A program made the position numbers and the translations under genes. Positions 16,860 to 26,685 of a stretch of DNA of 40,667 bases are shown one piece after another. The notes beneath the pieces are model-generated. The model did no database searches, was not told the origin of the DNA, and saw only the letters and a list, made by a program, of their open reading frames with translations. The number at the start of each line of letters is the position of its first letter. The stretch's first letter is position 1. This DNA is from a virus. Lineage: Duplodnaviria; Caudoviricetes. The stretch covers positions 1-40,667 of the IMG/VR virus record IMGVR_UViG_3300023218_000085; one strand, written 5' to 3'.

Positions 16860-18299
16860 ATGACCAAAACACAAACACACCGCGAAGAACTGCTGGAAAC
16901 CGGCCTCAAGATGATCGAGGCCTACAAGAACGACCCGGTGCAAAGCAGCGACGTGCTGCCGATGACCGGCAACGGCGTGTTCGTCACGCCCGGCGTGCGC
17001 CCGGACATGTACAGCGCCGTCCAGCGCCCGACCAACGACTTCCTGGCTGCGTTACCGACGCAGCGCAGCGAGTTCGAGCGGGAGGCATTTGCCATTCTGA
17101 CGGGCGTGACGGCCAGCAGCGGGAGCAACCCGACTGACGTGTGCGGCACACCACCCGTCACGGGCGACTTGCAAGAGATGACAATCGTCTCGTCGTTTGG
17201 TGACTTGTTCCTGGGGTCCGAGAAGGTCAACGTCACGCGCATCGGCACGCTGCAAGACCGTGGCGTGATGCCGCGCACTATCTACAACTACGCGCGCGGC
17301 AACGACCCGTTTACGCCGGAGCCACTCCGAGAGGCCGCCACCATTGACGGCGCGTCGTTGTTCCGCGACGAGCGGTCGCACCAGTACTACAAGCTCGGTG
17401 TTGGCACGCGACGCGCGGTGGCCGCCATTGACGTGGACGGCAACAGCACGACGGCCAACACGGCCACTGAAACGGGCTGGATTAAAGAGTTCGACGGGCT
17501 GTCGCGGTGGGTCAAGGCCGGCTACACCGACGCCAAGCAAAACGTGGCTGCGCCGGCGGCGGACAGCGGCGTGGTGAACTTCCTCAACGCCAACGTCGTC
17601 AACGGCACCATCAGCGTCAACGGGCGCACGCTCAATATTGTTGAGGTGATTAGCGAACTGTACTACAGCCGCAAGCGATTGGCTGATAAGGTCAATATTG
17701 GGGTGCAACACGCGCTCGTGATGGACGAGCGCCTGTTCCCGGAACTGGCGTATGTGTACAGCGCCACCTACAACCACCAGCGTTACGCCGGGTCCACCAA
17801 CACCACGGAGACGACGAACCGGGAGCGCGCTGAGATCGAGCGCCGGTTTGAGGACATGATGAACAACTACTACCTACCCGTCTACGGCGAGCGGGTGCCG
17901 GTGCTGTTCTCAAGCGGGCGCGCGACGAGCGAGGGGGCCAACGGAGCACTCAACAGCGACGTCTACCTGACGGCGATGAGTGCCGACGGCAATCCGCTGA
18001 CGTACCTAGAGTACATGGACCTGAACAACGAGTACCTGGCGCGTTGGAACGAGATGCATAATGTTACGGGGCGCATGGCCACCAACAACGGCATGTACCT
18101 CATGGCGACGCGCTCAAGCGGCTTCTGTGACGAGCTGATTCTCGCCGCGCGGATGCGCCTCATTCACCGCGCGCCGTTTTTGTCCGCGCGCGTCAACAAC
18201 ATCGCGTACAACCAGTACACGAACTATCGTGACTGGCAGCCGGGCACAACGAGCTACTACGGCGGCGGCGTGACGGTCGCCACCCCGGCGTTTAGCTAG
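16860..18299 (+). CDS. Major capsid protein
   Basis: Strong AGGAGG RBS; size, synteny and EFDGL motif. Confidence 0.75.
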   Translation: MTKTQTHREELLETGLKMIEAYKNDPVQSSDVLPMTGNGVFVTPGVRPDMYSAVQRPTNDFLAALPTQRSEFEREAFAILTGVTASSGSNPTDVCGTPPVTGDLQEMTIVSSFGDLFLGSEKVNVTRIGTLQDRGVMPRTIYNYARGNDPFTPEPLREAATIDGASLFRDERSHQYYKLGVGTRRAVAAIDVDGNSTTANTATETGWIKEFDGLSRWVKAGYTDAKQNVAAPAADSGVVNFLNANVVNGTISVNGRTLNIVEVISELYYSRKRLADKVNIGVQHALVMDERLFPELAYVYSATYNHQRYAGSTNTTETTNRERAEIERRFEDMMNNYYLPVYGERVPVLFSSGRATSEGANGALNSDVYLTAMSADGNPLTYLEYMDLNNEYLARWNEMHNVTGRMATNNGMYLMATRSSGFCDELILAARMRLIHRAPFLSARVNNIAYNQYTNYRDWQPGTTSYYGGGVTVATPAFS

Positions 18300-18302
18300 C
18301 GC

Positions 18303-19238
18303 ATGACGCGCCTGACCGTGCTCACGCCGATTGCCCCGCACCACCGCGAGCACGCGGTGCGTGCGGCGGCGTCGGTGGCGGCGCAAACCGTCCCGGTCGC
18401 GGCGCTCACCCTGGTGGACACCGGCGGGCGCGGGCCGGGCTGGACGCGCAACCGGTTGTTGGAGCGCGTCACCACGCCGTTCGTCACGTTTTTGGACGCC
18501 GACGACTGGCTGCACCCGGACTTTGCCGCGCAGACGCTGGCCGCCCACCGTCCGGGGCGGTACGTGTTCACGGACTGGTGGCGCGGGGCGGACGGCCCGC
18601 ACACTGCCGCCGCGCCCTTCGGCAGCGGCGACGGGTTTCACTTGGTCACCGCCGTGGTGCCAACGGCGGCGGCCCGGTCGGTCGGCGGCTTTGACGAGAC
18701 GCTGCCCGGCCTTGAAGACCGTGACTTCTACTTAAAACTGGCCAACACGGGCGTTTGTCCGATGCGGCATTCGGTGCCACTTGTCACGTACAGCGCGGAC
18801 GGCATTCGTTCGCAAGCCGTGATGCGGCAGGCGGCGACCATCAAGGCAATGATCGACGGGAGGTGGGACATGGGGTGTTGCGGAGATGACACCGAGACGG
18901 CGACTGTGCCGGACACGCCGCGCGTGTTGGCGGAGTGGGTGCAGCAGACGAGCCGGCGCATACAGGGTCGCGCCACTGGCACACTGTACCGGCGTGCCGG
19001 ACACGGCCCCATGCGCATTCACCCGGACGACTTGGCGGCCATGCCGGACGTGTTTCGTCCGCTGACCCCCCTGCCGGCCCCCACGCCGTCGCCGCCCCCC
19101 TCGCTGATGAATGCCATGCTGAAATCAGGCCTGGTCGGCACATCGCCGCTGACGGCAGACGCGCCGCCCGCCGCGCGTCGCGTCCAGCCGGATGTGGCGC
19201 GCGTGATCGCGTTTGGACGGGACCACTATGCTGATTAG
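18303..19238 (+). CDS. Glycosyltransferase family 2 with C-terminal extension
   Basis: LTVLTP, GPGWTRNRLL, FLDADD (DxD), GGFDETLPGLEDRDFYLKL. Confidence 0.88.
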   Translation: MTRLTVLTPIAPHHREHAVRAAASVAAQTVPVAALTLVDTGGRGPGWTRNRLLERVTTPFVTFLDADDWLHPDFAAQTLAAHRPGRYVFTDWWRGADGPHTAAAPFGSGDGFHLVTAVVPTAAARSVGGFDETLPGLEDRDFYLKLANTGVCPMRHSVPLVTYSADGIRSQAVMRQAATIKAMIDGRWDMGCCGDDTETATVPDTPRVLAEWVQQTSRRIQGRATGTLYRRAGHGPMRIHPDDLAAMPDVFRPLTPLPAPTPSPPPSLMNAMLKSGLVGTSPLTADAPPAARRVQPDVARVIAFGRDHYAD

Positions 19239-20976
19239 CGTGGTGTGTGGCACCTACAATCGCCGCGACACGTTGTTGGCGATGCTCAACAGCGTGCGCG
19301 CCAACCTGCCGGCCGCAATCGCCACGGAGTACATTGTGGTGGACAACGGCAGCACGGACGGCACCGCCGACGCCGCGCGCGGGTGGGGGGCGACCGTCAT
19401 CCAGTTGGGCGCGCCAGTCGGCGCGGTGACGGCGTTCACCACCGGCGCGGCGCGCGCTACCGGGCGCTACGTACTGCTTGCCACCGACGACGTGTCGTTT
19501 CCGCTCAACGGCGGCATTCTGCGGGCGGTTCGTCACCTTGAAACACAGCCCGACGCGGGCGCGGTGGCGTTTGCGCACGACAAGCCGTGCGGCGACTGCC
19601 GACCGGCGGACAACCAGATTGCCCCGTTTCACACCGCGTTTCACCCGGCCCGCACCGAGAGCGGGCAGACGGTGATGACGCGCTACCCGCAAATCGCGCT
19701 TGTGCGCCGCTGGCTAGGCGATGCGGTCGGGTGGTGGGGTGGCGACCACCCGGTGATGCGCGAGGCGTTTACCTACGCTGGCGATAACTTCCTGGGAGCT
19801 GGCATTGTCGAGCGGGGCTACCGCGTTGATGAGGTCGTGGGGGCGGTGGAGCATGAACAGGTTCTCGACGACGCCCCGCGCCAGATCAACCGCGAGCACC
19901 ACCGCAACGACGCCCGCTGCTACCACACGGTTTACCCGGACGGCCCGACCGTGCGCCGGACGCCAACCGTGACCAACCCCGACAGCGAGCAGTTCCGCGT
20001 GCTCATCCTCAATGACTACGACGCCCAGCGCCCGCACCACAAGCGCAACAAACGCGGGCGACGTGAGAGCTGGGCGCGCGTGGCGCTAACGTGGGATGTG
20101 GACCACAAGGCGGCGGGGGTGACGGGGGTCCGCGACGCGCTGCGCATCTGGCAGCCGCACCTGGTGGTCAGTCAATTGCACAGCCCGACGAGCGCGGTAG
20201 CGCAGGCGTTGCCGGACTTGCGCGCGACGGCACCAACAGCGGTCTGGGCGGTGTGGAACGGCGACGTGTACCCGGCCAACATCTTTGACGACGACGGGGC
20301 ACTTCATCCGGCCTGGCGGCACATCGACGTGCTGCTGCACTGCAACATGGACGTGGTGCGTCGGGCGCGCGGGGCGGGGGTGGCGGCCTACTGGCACGGC
20401 AACAGCTTCGAGCCGGTGGACGCGCGCCCGGACGTGAACGCACACGAGGTGGTGTTTCTCGGCAACAAGCTGCCGTATCGCGCGGCGATGGACGGGCAGC
20501 TTGCCGCGCTCCGCGCGCAGGGACTCAACGTCGGCGTGTACGGCGCGGGGTGGCAAGAGGTGACGCCTGCCGGCAACACGCATTACGACTTTGCCGCCGG
20601 GCGCGCGCTCTACGCGAGCGCAACGCTGGCGATTAGTGACAACGCGTTTGGCGCGTCCGGGTACGCGAGCAACCGATTCTTCGAGATTACCGCCACCGGC
20701 GGCGCGCTGTGTTTGCACCAGCGCACGCCTGGCTTTGAGGCAGTCACAAAGATGCGCGACGGCGTGCACTACATCGCCTGGACCGACGCCGACGACCTGG
20801 CGACGAAGGCGGCACACTGGCTCGACGACGCGCACGCCACGCGCCGGCGCCAAATCGTGCGCAACGCGCAACGGGTGGCGCACAAACACCACAGCTTTGA
20901 CGCGCGCGTCCGCCAACTGCTCACCGAGATTTTGCCCGATGTGTGCAAGGAGCCCCCCGACAATGACAGCGTTTAA
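19228..20976 (+). CDS. Two-domain glycosyltransferase (GT2 plus CgeB-like GT-B domain)
   Basis: ISVVCGTYNR, IVVDNGSTDGT, ATDD; C-terminal VVFLGN...YR, SNRFFEITATGG, HHSFDARVRQLL. Confidence 0.88.
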   Translation: MLISVVCGTYNRRDTLLAMLNSVRANLPAAIATEYIVVDNGSTDGTADAARGWGATVIQLGAPVGAVTAFTTGAARATGRYVLLATDDVSFPLNGGILRAVRHLETQPDAGAVAFAHDKPCGDCRPADNQIAPFHTAFHPARTESGQTVMTRYPQIALVRRWLGDAVGWWGGDHPVMREAFTYAGDNFLGAGIVERGYRVDEVVGAVEHEQVLDDAPRQINREHHRNDARCYHTVYPDGPTVRRTPTVTNPDSEQFRVLILNDYDAQRPHHKRNKRGRRESWARVALTWDVDHKAAGVTGVRDALRIWQPHLVVSQLHSPTSAVAQALPDLRATAPTAVWAVWNGDVYPANIFDDDGALHPAWRHIDVLLHCNMDVVRRARGAGVAAYWHGNSFEPVDARPDVNAHEVVFLGNKLPYRAAMDGQLAALRAQGLNVGVYGAGWQEVTPAGNTHYDFAAGRALYASATLAISDNAFGASGYASNRFFEITATGGALCLHQRTPGFEAVTKMRDGVHYIAWTDADDLATKAAHWLDDAHATRRRQIVRNAQRVAHKHHSFDARVRQLLTEILPDVCKEPPDNDSV

Positions 20977-21235
20977 GTTGCTACTTCTGGCGCTAGCCAC
21001 CTACACCGTGGCCAGCACCCTTACCCAGCAGGCCGGCCCGTTCGAGGTCTTCACGCGCCTGCGCAGGCGCGTGCCGCTGGGTGGGCTGGCGACGTGTGTC
21101 TACTGCGCCATGCCGTGGTGCGCGCTGGCGCTCTGGCTGATCGACGCGGTGGCCCCGGTGGTGGTCGATATCTTCGCCATCACCGGGGCGGCGCTCATGC
21201 TCGGCGCGTGGTCGGGGGTGCGGCATGGCGTTTAG
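20963..21235 (+). CDS. Small membrane protein (DUF1360-like)
   Basis: LALATY...GPFEVFTRLR...LATCVYCAMPW with hydrophobic helices. Confidence 0.7.
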   Translation: MTAFKLLLLALATYTVASTLTQQAGPFEVFTRLRRRVPLGGLATCVYCAMPWCALALWLIDAVAPVVVDIFAITGAALMLGAWSGVRHGV

Positions 21236-21734
21236 CCGGTTGCGCACGACGGCCCGGCGGGTGGCCGCGGAAATTAGCGCGTTCGCCGAGCCGCTTGGCG
21301 CGGTGACCGCGCGTGCGTTGGAGATCGCCACCGCCCGCGAAACCCGCCCGCGCACACAGGCGGTGCTGGCCCGGCTGCAAACCGAGCCGCCGCGACCGAC
21401 CTACCCGCTGCGCTGGACGTCGGCGCGCCAGCGACGGGCCTACTTTGCCACCAACGGGTTTGGCGCGGGCATCCCGTACCGGCGCAGCGGACAGCTTCGC
21501 GCGGGGTGGCGCGTGTCGGTGACGTTTTGGCGCGACGGCGGCTTGATCGAGCTGCGCAACGCAGTGGACTACGCCCCGTTTGTGCAGGGGGCACAGGTGC
21601 AGTCCATGCACCTCGACACCGGCTGGGTGCAGCCGTCGGCGATTGCCGACGAGTTTCAGACGCAGGTGTATGACGCCGCCAGTTTTGCGTTCTTCGATGT
21701 GGTGTCGCCCGTTACGCAGCAGGGTGTGTTATGA
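21225..21734 (+). CDS. Neck/tail completion protein (HK97 gp10-like)
   Basis: RRSGQLRAGW...NAVDYAPFV motif; synteny. Confidence 0.65.
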   Translation: MAFSRLRTTARRVAAEISAFAEPLGAVTARALEIATARETRPRTQAVLARLQTEPPRPTYPLRWTSARQRRAYFATNGFGAGIPYRRSGQLRAGWRVSVTFWRDGGLIELRNAVDYAPFVQGAQVQSMHLDTGWVQPSAIADEFQTQVYDAASFAFFDVVSPVTQQGVL

Positions 21735-22573
21735 GCATCCACGCGTACTATGCGACACTGGCACGCGCCAAGCGCGAACTCAAGGCCAGCACGGACGCCG
21801 ACGACATGATTTTATTGGAGTTGATTGGCGATGCGTCCGCGCGGCTAGACGATGTGATGGCGCTGCCCTACCGCCAGGCGGCGTGGACGCCCACGCACGA
21901 CACGCGGCAAGTGCCGGTCACCGCCCGGACGGTCAACCGCCGGGACAACACGCTGTCGCTGCGCGCGGTCGGACCGCTGCTGGCCATCACATCCGTCACG
22001 TTGGCGGGAGCCACAGTGACAAGCAGCGTCGAGGCGTTCCCGACGGACCGCTCCCCGATCCGCGCGCTGCGGTACACGGCGCGTACGGGGTCCTGGTACG
22101 ACGCCTACCGCAACCAGTCAACGCCGTCACCGGCCTTCGCGACGGTGACAGGGGTTTGGGGTCTCAGCCGGGACTACGCCGATGCGTGGACGGACGTCAC
22201 GACGCTCGCGGCGGACGTGAGTGCGAGTGCCACAACGCTGACGGTGGCGGACGGCAGCGCGCTGTCCGCCGGGCACCTGTTGCGTATCGGCGACGAGTTC
22301 CTCACGGCAACTGACGTGAGCGCCACCACCGTGACCGTCCGGCGCGGCGTGAACGGCACGGTCGCCGCCGCGCACACCGCGGAAGACGCGGTGGCAACGT
22401 GGGCAGTAGACCGCACCATTGCGCGGGCGGTGGCGCGCCAGGCGGGCATGATGTACGCCCGACGCGGGGCGTATGAGGTGCGCAGCACGGACGGGGTGGG
22501 GGGTGACGTTGTGTTCCCGCGCGACCTGCTGCACGAGGTGCGCCAGGTGCTCACGGCGTATCAGTATGTCTAG
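21731..22573 (+). CDS. Head-tail connector/adaptor
   Basis: YATLARAKREL...DDMILLELIGDASARLD at the N-terminus; VRQVLTAY at the C-terminus. Confidence 0.7.
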   Translation: MSIHAYYATLARAKRELKASTDADDMILLELIGDASARLDDVMALPYRQAAWTPTHDTRQVPVTARTVNRRDNTLSLRAVGPLLAITSVTLAGATVTSSVEAFPTDRSPIRALRYTARTGSWYDAYRNQSTPSPAFATVTGVWGLSRDYADAWTDVTTLAADVSASATTLTVADGSALSAGHLLRIGDEFLTATDVSATTVTVRRGVNGTVAAAHTAEDAVATWAVDRTIARAVARQAGMMYARRGAYEVRSTDGVGGDVVFPRDLLHEVRQVLTAYQYV

Positions 22574-23051
22574 CACGCTACGCCAAGCCATGACGCGCCT
22601 GTTGCAGCTGCAACTGGACGCGACCGACGGCATCGTGGCTGCCGGCGGGGTAACGTATTACCCGTACACCCAGGAGGCACTGCCGTACTGGACGAACCAG
22701 GTCGCGTCCGTCGCGTTTGACCGACTGCGCGGCGAGGACATTGAGGTGCGCCGCTACACCGTGCAGATGCGGCTTATCCTGGCGCACTTGACCGAAAATT
22801 ACGACGGCGTGACGTTTGATACCGCCTATGACATCATCCCGGCAGTGCTCAACACGTTTGAGCAACACCCGCTGCTCACCAACAGCACGCACACCACGCC
22901 GCTCGACGCGGTGTTTGACCCCGACGCCTACCACGGCGCGGAGGTGACCGCCGTGACCGGCCCGGTTGTGTTTACCAACGCCGGGATTGTTACGCGGCAG
23001 GTTGGATTGCAGTTTACGCTTCAACTACCGCTGATTCGCAAGCGTTACTAA
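22566..23051 (+). CDS. Putative tail terminator
   Basis: Size and position immediately before the major tail protein. Confidence 0.55.
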   Translation: MSSTLRQAMTRLLQLQLDATDGIVAAGGVTYYPYTQEALPYWTNQVASVAFDRLRGEDIEVRRYTVQMRLILAHLTENYDGVTFDTAYDIIPAVLNTFEQHPLLTNSTHTTPLDAVFDPDAYHGAEVTAVTGPVVFTNAGIVTRQVGLQFTLQLPLIRKRY

Positions 23052-23065
23052 CGAAGGAGAGTCTC

Positions 23066-23908
23066 ATGCCAGACCGCGTTATCGGAGCCGGGTTACGGTT
23101 CCTACACTACGGAATTTTAGACAGCAACGGGCGCCTCATCGGCAACACCGCCGACGGCGCCACCGCCGGGGACACGACGGGCGAGGGCCTGCGCCGCCTT
23201 GAGGGCGCGCAGACGTTCCCGACACAGACCCCACAGCCGGAAAACGTGGTGATCAGCGGGGACGACGCCCCGCTTGTCTCGTTCACATTTGCCGCCGAGG
23301 AACTCGCGAACGGCGTGATTGCCATGGCCGCGCGCGACTACGACTTTGAGGCGGTGGTCACCGGCACGAAAAATCGGACCGTCGGGCCGCTGCAATACAT
23401 CGGCCAGGACGCGACCAGCAGCGGCAATGTCACCGTCTCGCTGCTGGGTCAGCGGGTGGCCAAGGAGTGGACGCCCGCCGCGCGCGGAGTGGCCAAGTGG
23501 GAGTGGGTGCTGATCACCCGCGCGGAGGTGACGCCGCTGGGGTCCGAGATCGCGCAGCGCACCGGTAGTCCGTACAACTACTACTACACCGCCTCGAAGG
23601 GCGACAGCCCGCTGACTGGGCTGACGTTCACCGTCAGCAACGAGGGCTACACGCAAACGACCATCCTGACCGGGCGCGGGGACAACCCGGTCTACTGGCA
23701 CAGCTTCGTTGGCAACAACAGCGTCACCGACTTCGCGTTGCCGTTCGCGCCCGCCGCGGGCACTTCCTTATATGTGGCTGTCAACGGCGTGCTGCAAACC
23801 GTCACCACCGACTACACGATCACCGGAACCTCGCTCAGCTTCACCTCGGCGCCGGCCACCGATGCGCGGATTGTGGTCGTGTTCGAAACCGACGAGGAGA
23901 ACCTGTAA
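23066..23908 (+). CDS. Major tail tube protein with C-terminal beta-rich domain
   Basis: AAGGAG RBS; synteny; C-terminal VAVNGVLQ...DYTITG..LSFTSAPA. Confidence 0.7.
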   Translation: MPDRVIGAGLRFLHYGILDSNGRLIGNTADGATAGDTTGEGLRRLEGAQTFPTQTPQPENVVISGDDAPLVSFTFAAEELANGVIAMAARDYDFEAVVTGTKNRTVGPLQYIGQDATSSGNVTVSLLGQRVAKEWTPAARGVAKWEWVLITRAEVTPLGSEIAQRTGSPYNYYYTASKGDSPLTGLTFTVSNEGYTQTTILTGRGDNPVYWHSFVGNNSVTDFALPFAPAAGTSLYVAVNGVLQTVTTDYTITGTSLSFTSAPATDARIVVVFETDEENL

Positions 23909-24336
23909 TGCAGCCGCTGCACGTTGAATGTGACGGCGCGAGCGCCACAATTCATCGCCGCACGCCCCGCACGGACATGCTGCGCACGGCAATGGTAAAC
24001 CGCAGCCTTGCACCGCTCGGCAACGTGGCGGCGGAGCTGGGTGTGGCCCGCGATGTGATCGACAGCTCACGCGGCATTGTGCGCTTTCTGGACCTGAGTA
24101 CCCGCGCCAGCGACCTGACCGGCGCCGACTTCGAGTTGATTGTGGTCAGCGATACGGAGGCGGATATTGAGCGCAAGTGGCGCGCGTTCCTGGACACGTC
24201 ACACATGGCGTTTGTTCTGGCGTGTGAGGACGCGATGGCACGCCTCGACGCGCCCGCCGATCCGGCTCTCGCTCCTCACACAACACCGGCCGCGCCGACG
24301 GAAAAAAAAGGCGGACGGCGTTCCAAGAGCGCCTGA
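23908..24336 (+). CDS. Tail assembly chaperone (G-like)
   Basis: Between tail tube and tape measure genes; slippery A-run near the 3' end. Confidence 0.7.
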   Translation: MQPLHVECDGASATIHRRTPRTDMLRTAMVNRSLAPLGNVAAELGVARDVIDSSRGIVRFLDLSTRASDLTGADFELIVVSDTEADIERKWRAFLDTSHMAFVLACEDAMARLDAPADPALAPHTTPAAPTEKKGGRRSKSA

Positions 24337-24647
24337 TCGAGCAGATAGACGCGCTGACGCATCGCAAGTGGGGCGACCACACCCCGGTGGACCCGGCGGT
24401 AATTGACGGGTTCGGCTTCTACCACCCGATTGACTACGTGTTTCGGGTCGCGCGTCACCTTGAGGCATACGGCGTGTACCCGGAGCCGGGCGGCTACAAC
24501 GACCAAGACGCGCGGCTGATGGACGACCTCGATACGTTGGCGCTGTTGCGCGCGTGGCGTGAAGATGTGCTCTACCCAGATCGGTTTGGCACCCCCGCCA
24601 GCCCGGAGACCTTTTTCGCCAATGGAAAACCGTTCCAGTTCAAATGA
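24303..24647 (+). CDS. Tail assembly chaperone -1 frameshift extension (GT-like)
   Basis: A-AAA-AAA at 24303-24309; the -1 frame stays open to 24647 and overlaps the tape measure start. Confidence 0.7.
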   Translation, partial: KKRRTAFQERLIEQIDALTHRKWGDHTPVDPAVIDGFGFYHPIDYVFRVARHLEAYGVYPEPGGYNDQDARLMDDLDTLALLRAWREDVLYPDRFGTPASPETFFANGKPFQFK

Positions 24648-26275
24648 CCGACACACGCAAGGCCGTTCTGCAACTCGAAATAGACTTTGCGCGCAGCGAG
24701 TCGCAACGCGCCGCGCGCTCCCTCCGGTCACTTGCGGATTCCACACGTGAGCTGGACCGCGTTGGGGACCAGGGGGCGCGCGCCCTGCGCGCTGGCGCGG
24801 CGGCGGCGGACGATGCCGCGCGCGCCTACGACCGGGCGGCGGATTCCGCACGGCGGTTGCAGGCCTCGCAGGACCAATTCGACCGCGTGTCACGCGACGT
24901 GGGGTTGGCGGGGGATGTGCAGTCAAACCTGGGCGCCATTAGCGGGTTGGCCGGCGCAACCGGACTGCCGGGAGCCGGCGGCGTGGCCGTCGGCGGCGAG
25001 CTTGTGGCGCTCATCGAGGAGCTGCCGCGACTGAAAACAGCGGCGCAGGGCCTCCCGGCGACCATCGAGGCCAGTGCCAAGGCGCTGGGCACCTCAAGTG
25101 CCGGACTAATTGGCGCGGTGGGGGCGCTCGGCCTGGCGGCGGCGGCGGTTACCGTGGCGGTCAAGCAGGCCGTCAAGGAGATTCAGAAGGCGTCGGGGGC
25201 GCTTTCGCAAAGCATTGACGCACAGCTTGAGGCCGAGCGGCTCATCAACAGCGGCGGTACGGTGGAACAGGCGCGCGCGCGCATCGCGTCACTTGAGGCG
25301 GAGGCGCAGTCGCTGCGCACAGTCGAGCAACGCACGCGCGCCGGTATCGACGGGCTGAGCGGTTTTGAGCGCGCCCTCGCGCGCCTGGCGGGGATTTTGC
25401 CGGGTGTGACCTCGCCGTTCGAGCAGGCGAAGGAGCTGGCGGTCGAGGCGGAGGCCGCCGAGCGGGGGGTCGCGGCGCTACAGGATGCGATTGAGCAGGG
25501 CCGATTGTCCAATGAGACCGCTGCGACGGCGGCAAACAATGCCGCCAGCGTGGAGACGCAACTGCGCGCCCGGCGCGACGAGGTGGCAGCGGCGAGCCGG
25601 GCGGCTGCCGACGCCGAGTCCCGGCTGACCTCCGAGCGCGCCCGTGAGCGCGCGCGCGGGCAGGGCACCTTTATCCCGGAGCGCAACGTCACCGTCTATG
25701 GCTCCGCCGGCGCACGTCAGACGGCGACGCGCGCCCCATCAACTGCGGCGAGCGGCCCGTCCCCGGCGGACATCGCCAACCAGATTGCAGATGAGGAGCG
25801 CAGCGCGGCCACCCGCCGTCTTGAGGCGGCGCGCGAGTACAACCGTGAGGTGGCGCGCGCCGAACGCGAACGCGAGCGCCGCTTGGCGGACATTCAGCGC
25901 CAGGCGGCGCGCGACGAGCGGGACGCCGCGCGCGGGCGGGATTTTGCGCAAATTCTGAGCATCCGGGAGCGCGCGCAGGACGCCAAGCAGGAAACGCTGC
26001 GCGCGGCACAGCGTGAAAACGACGAACGGCGCTTGGCACTCAACGAGCGCTTGGACGACATTGGCCGCGCCGCACAGATGGAAATCAACATGCTGCGCAG
26101 CAAGCTGGACACGGAGCAACAGCTGTTGTCCACCGGCTACAACCGCTCGCTGGCCCTGACCCGCAACTTCGCCGAGGGGCTGGTCAACGTTGGCGCGCAG
26201 CTCAACGGCGCGCGCGACGGGATGCAGCAGGCGGTGCGCGACGAACTGAACGCGATTTTGGGAGGGGCTTCATGA
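24644..26275 (+). CDS. Tape measure protein (short)
   Basis: Ala-rich helical 543 aa with hydrophobic segments, following the chaperones. Confidence 0.8.
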   Translation: MTDTRKAVLQLEIDFARSESQRAARSLRSLADSTRELDRVGDQGARALRAGAAAADDAARAYDRAADSARRLQASQDQFDRVSRDVGLAGDVQSNLGAISGLAGATGLPGAGGVAVGGELVALIEELPRLKTAAQGLPATIEASAKALGTSSAGLIGAVGALGLAAAAVTVAVKQAVKEIQKASGALSQSIDAQLEAERLINSGGTVEQARARIASLEAEAQSLRTVEQRTRAGIDGLSGFERALARLAGILPGVTSPFEQAKELAVEAEAAERGVAALQDAIEQGRLSNETAATAANNAASVETQLRARRDEVAAASRAAADAESRLTSERARERARGQGTFIPERNVTVYGSAGARQTATRAPSTAASGPSPADIANQIADEERSAATRRLEAAREYNREVARAERERERRLADIQRQAARDERDAARGRDFAQILSIRERAQDAKQETLRAAQRENDERRLALNERLDDIGRAAQMEINMLRSKLDTEQQLLSTGYNRSLALTRNFAEGLVNVGAQLNGARDGMQQAVRDELNAILGGAS

Positions 26276-26685
26276 CCTATCAGATCGCCAGCGGTCATGA
26301 CAACAGTGCCGGACTGGTGGCGGTGACGTCCATCACGCCGGCGGGGTCGCAGGCCTTCCCGCCGCTGCGCGCGCGCGCGAGCTACCAGCCGGGTGTGCTG
26401 CGCGTGCGCGCCGACGGCGCGTTCTACGAGACAGGGTTCGCCTCGGCAGTGTGGACATTTGACGTGTTGCTCGACTTGCAATATGGCTACCTGTACACGA
26501 CCTATGCCGCCGACGCGACCAATGCCAACAAGGTGACCATCCGCACACCCAACCGGCTTGGGGTTTTTACAACCTACAATGCCCGCATCGTGTTGCCGCC
26601 GCGCCGGGACCTGACGTATGTCGCGGACCCGCGTCACCCGTTCACGGATGTTAAAATACAGTTCAACCGATTGGAGGCCATCTAA
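26272..26685 (+). CDS. Distal tail protein-like
   Basis: Synteny and size. Confidence 0.55.
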   Translation: MTYQIASGHDNSAGLVAVTSITPAGSQAFPPLRARASYQPGVLRVRADGAFYETGFASAVWTFDVLLDLQYGYLYTTYAADATNANKVTIRTPNRLGVFTTYNARIVLPPRRDLTYVADPRHPFTDVKIQFNRLEAI

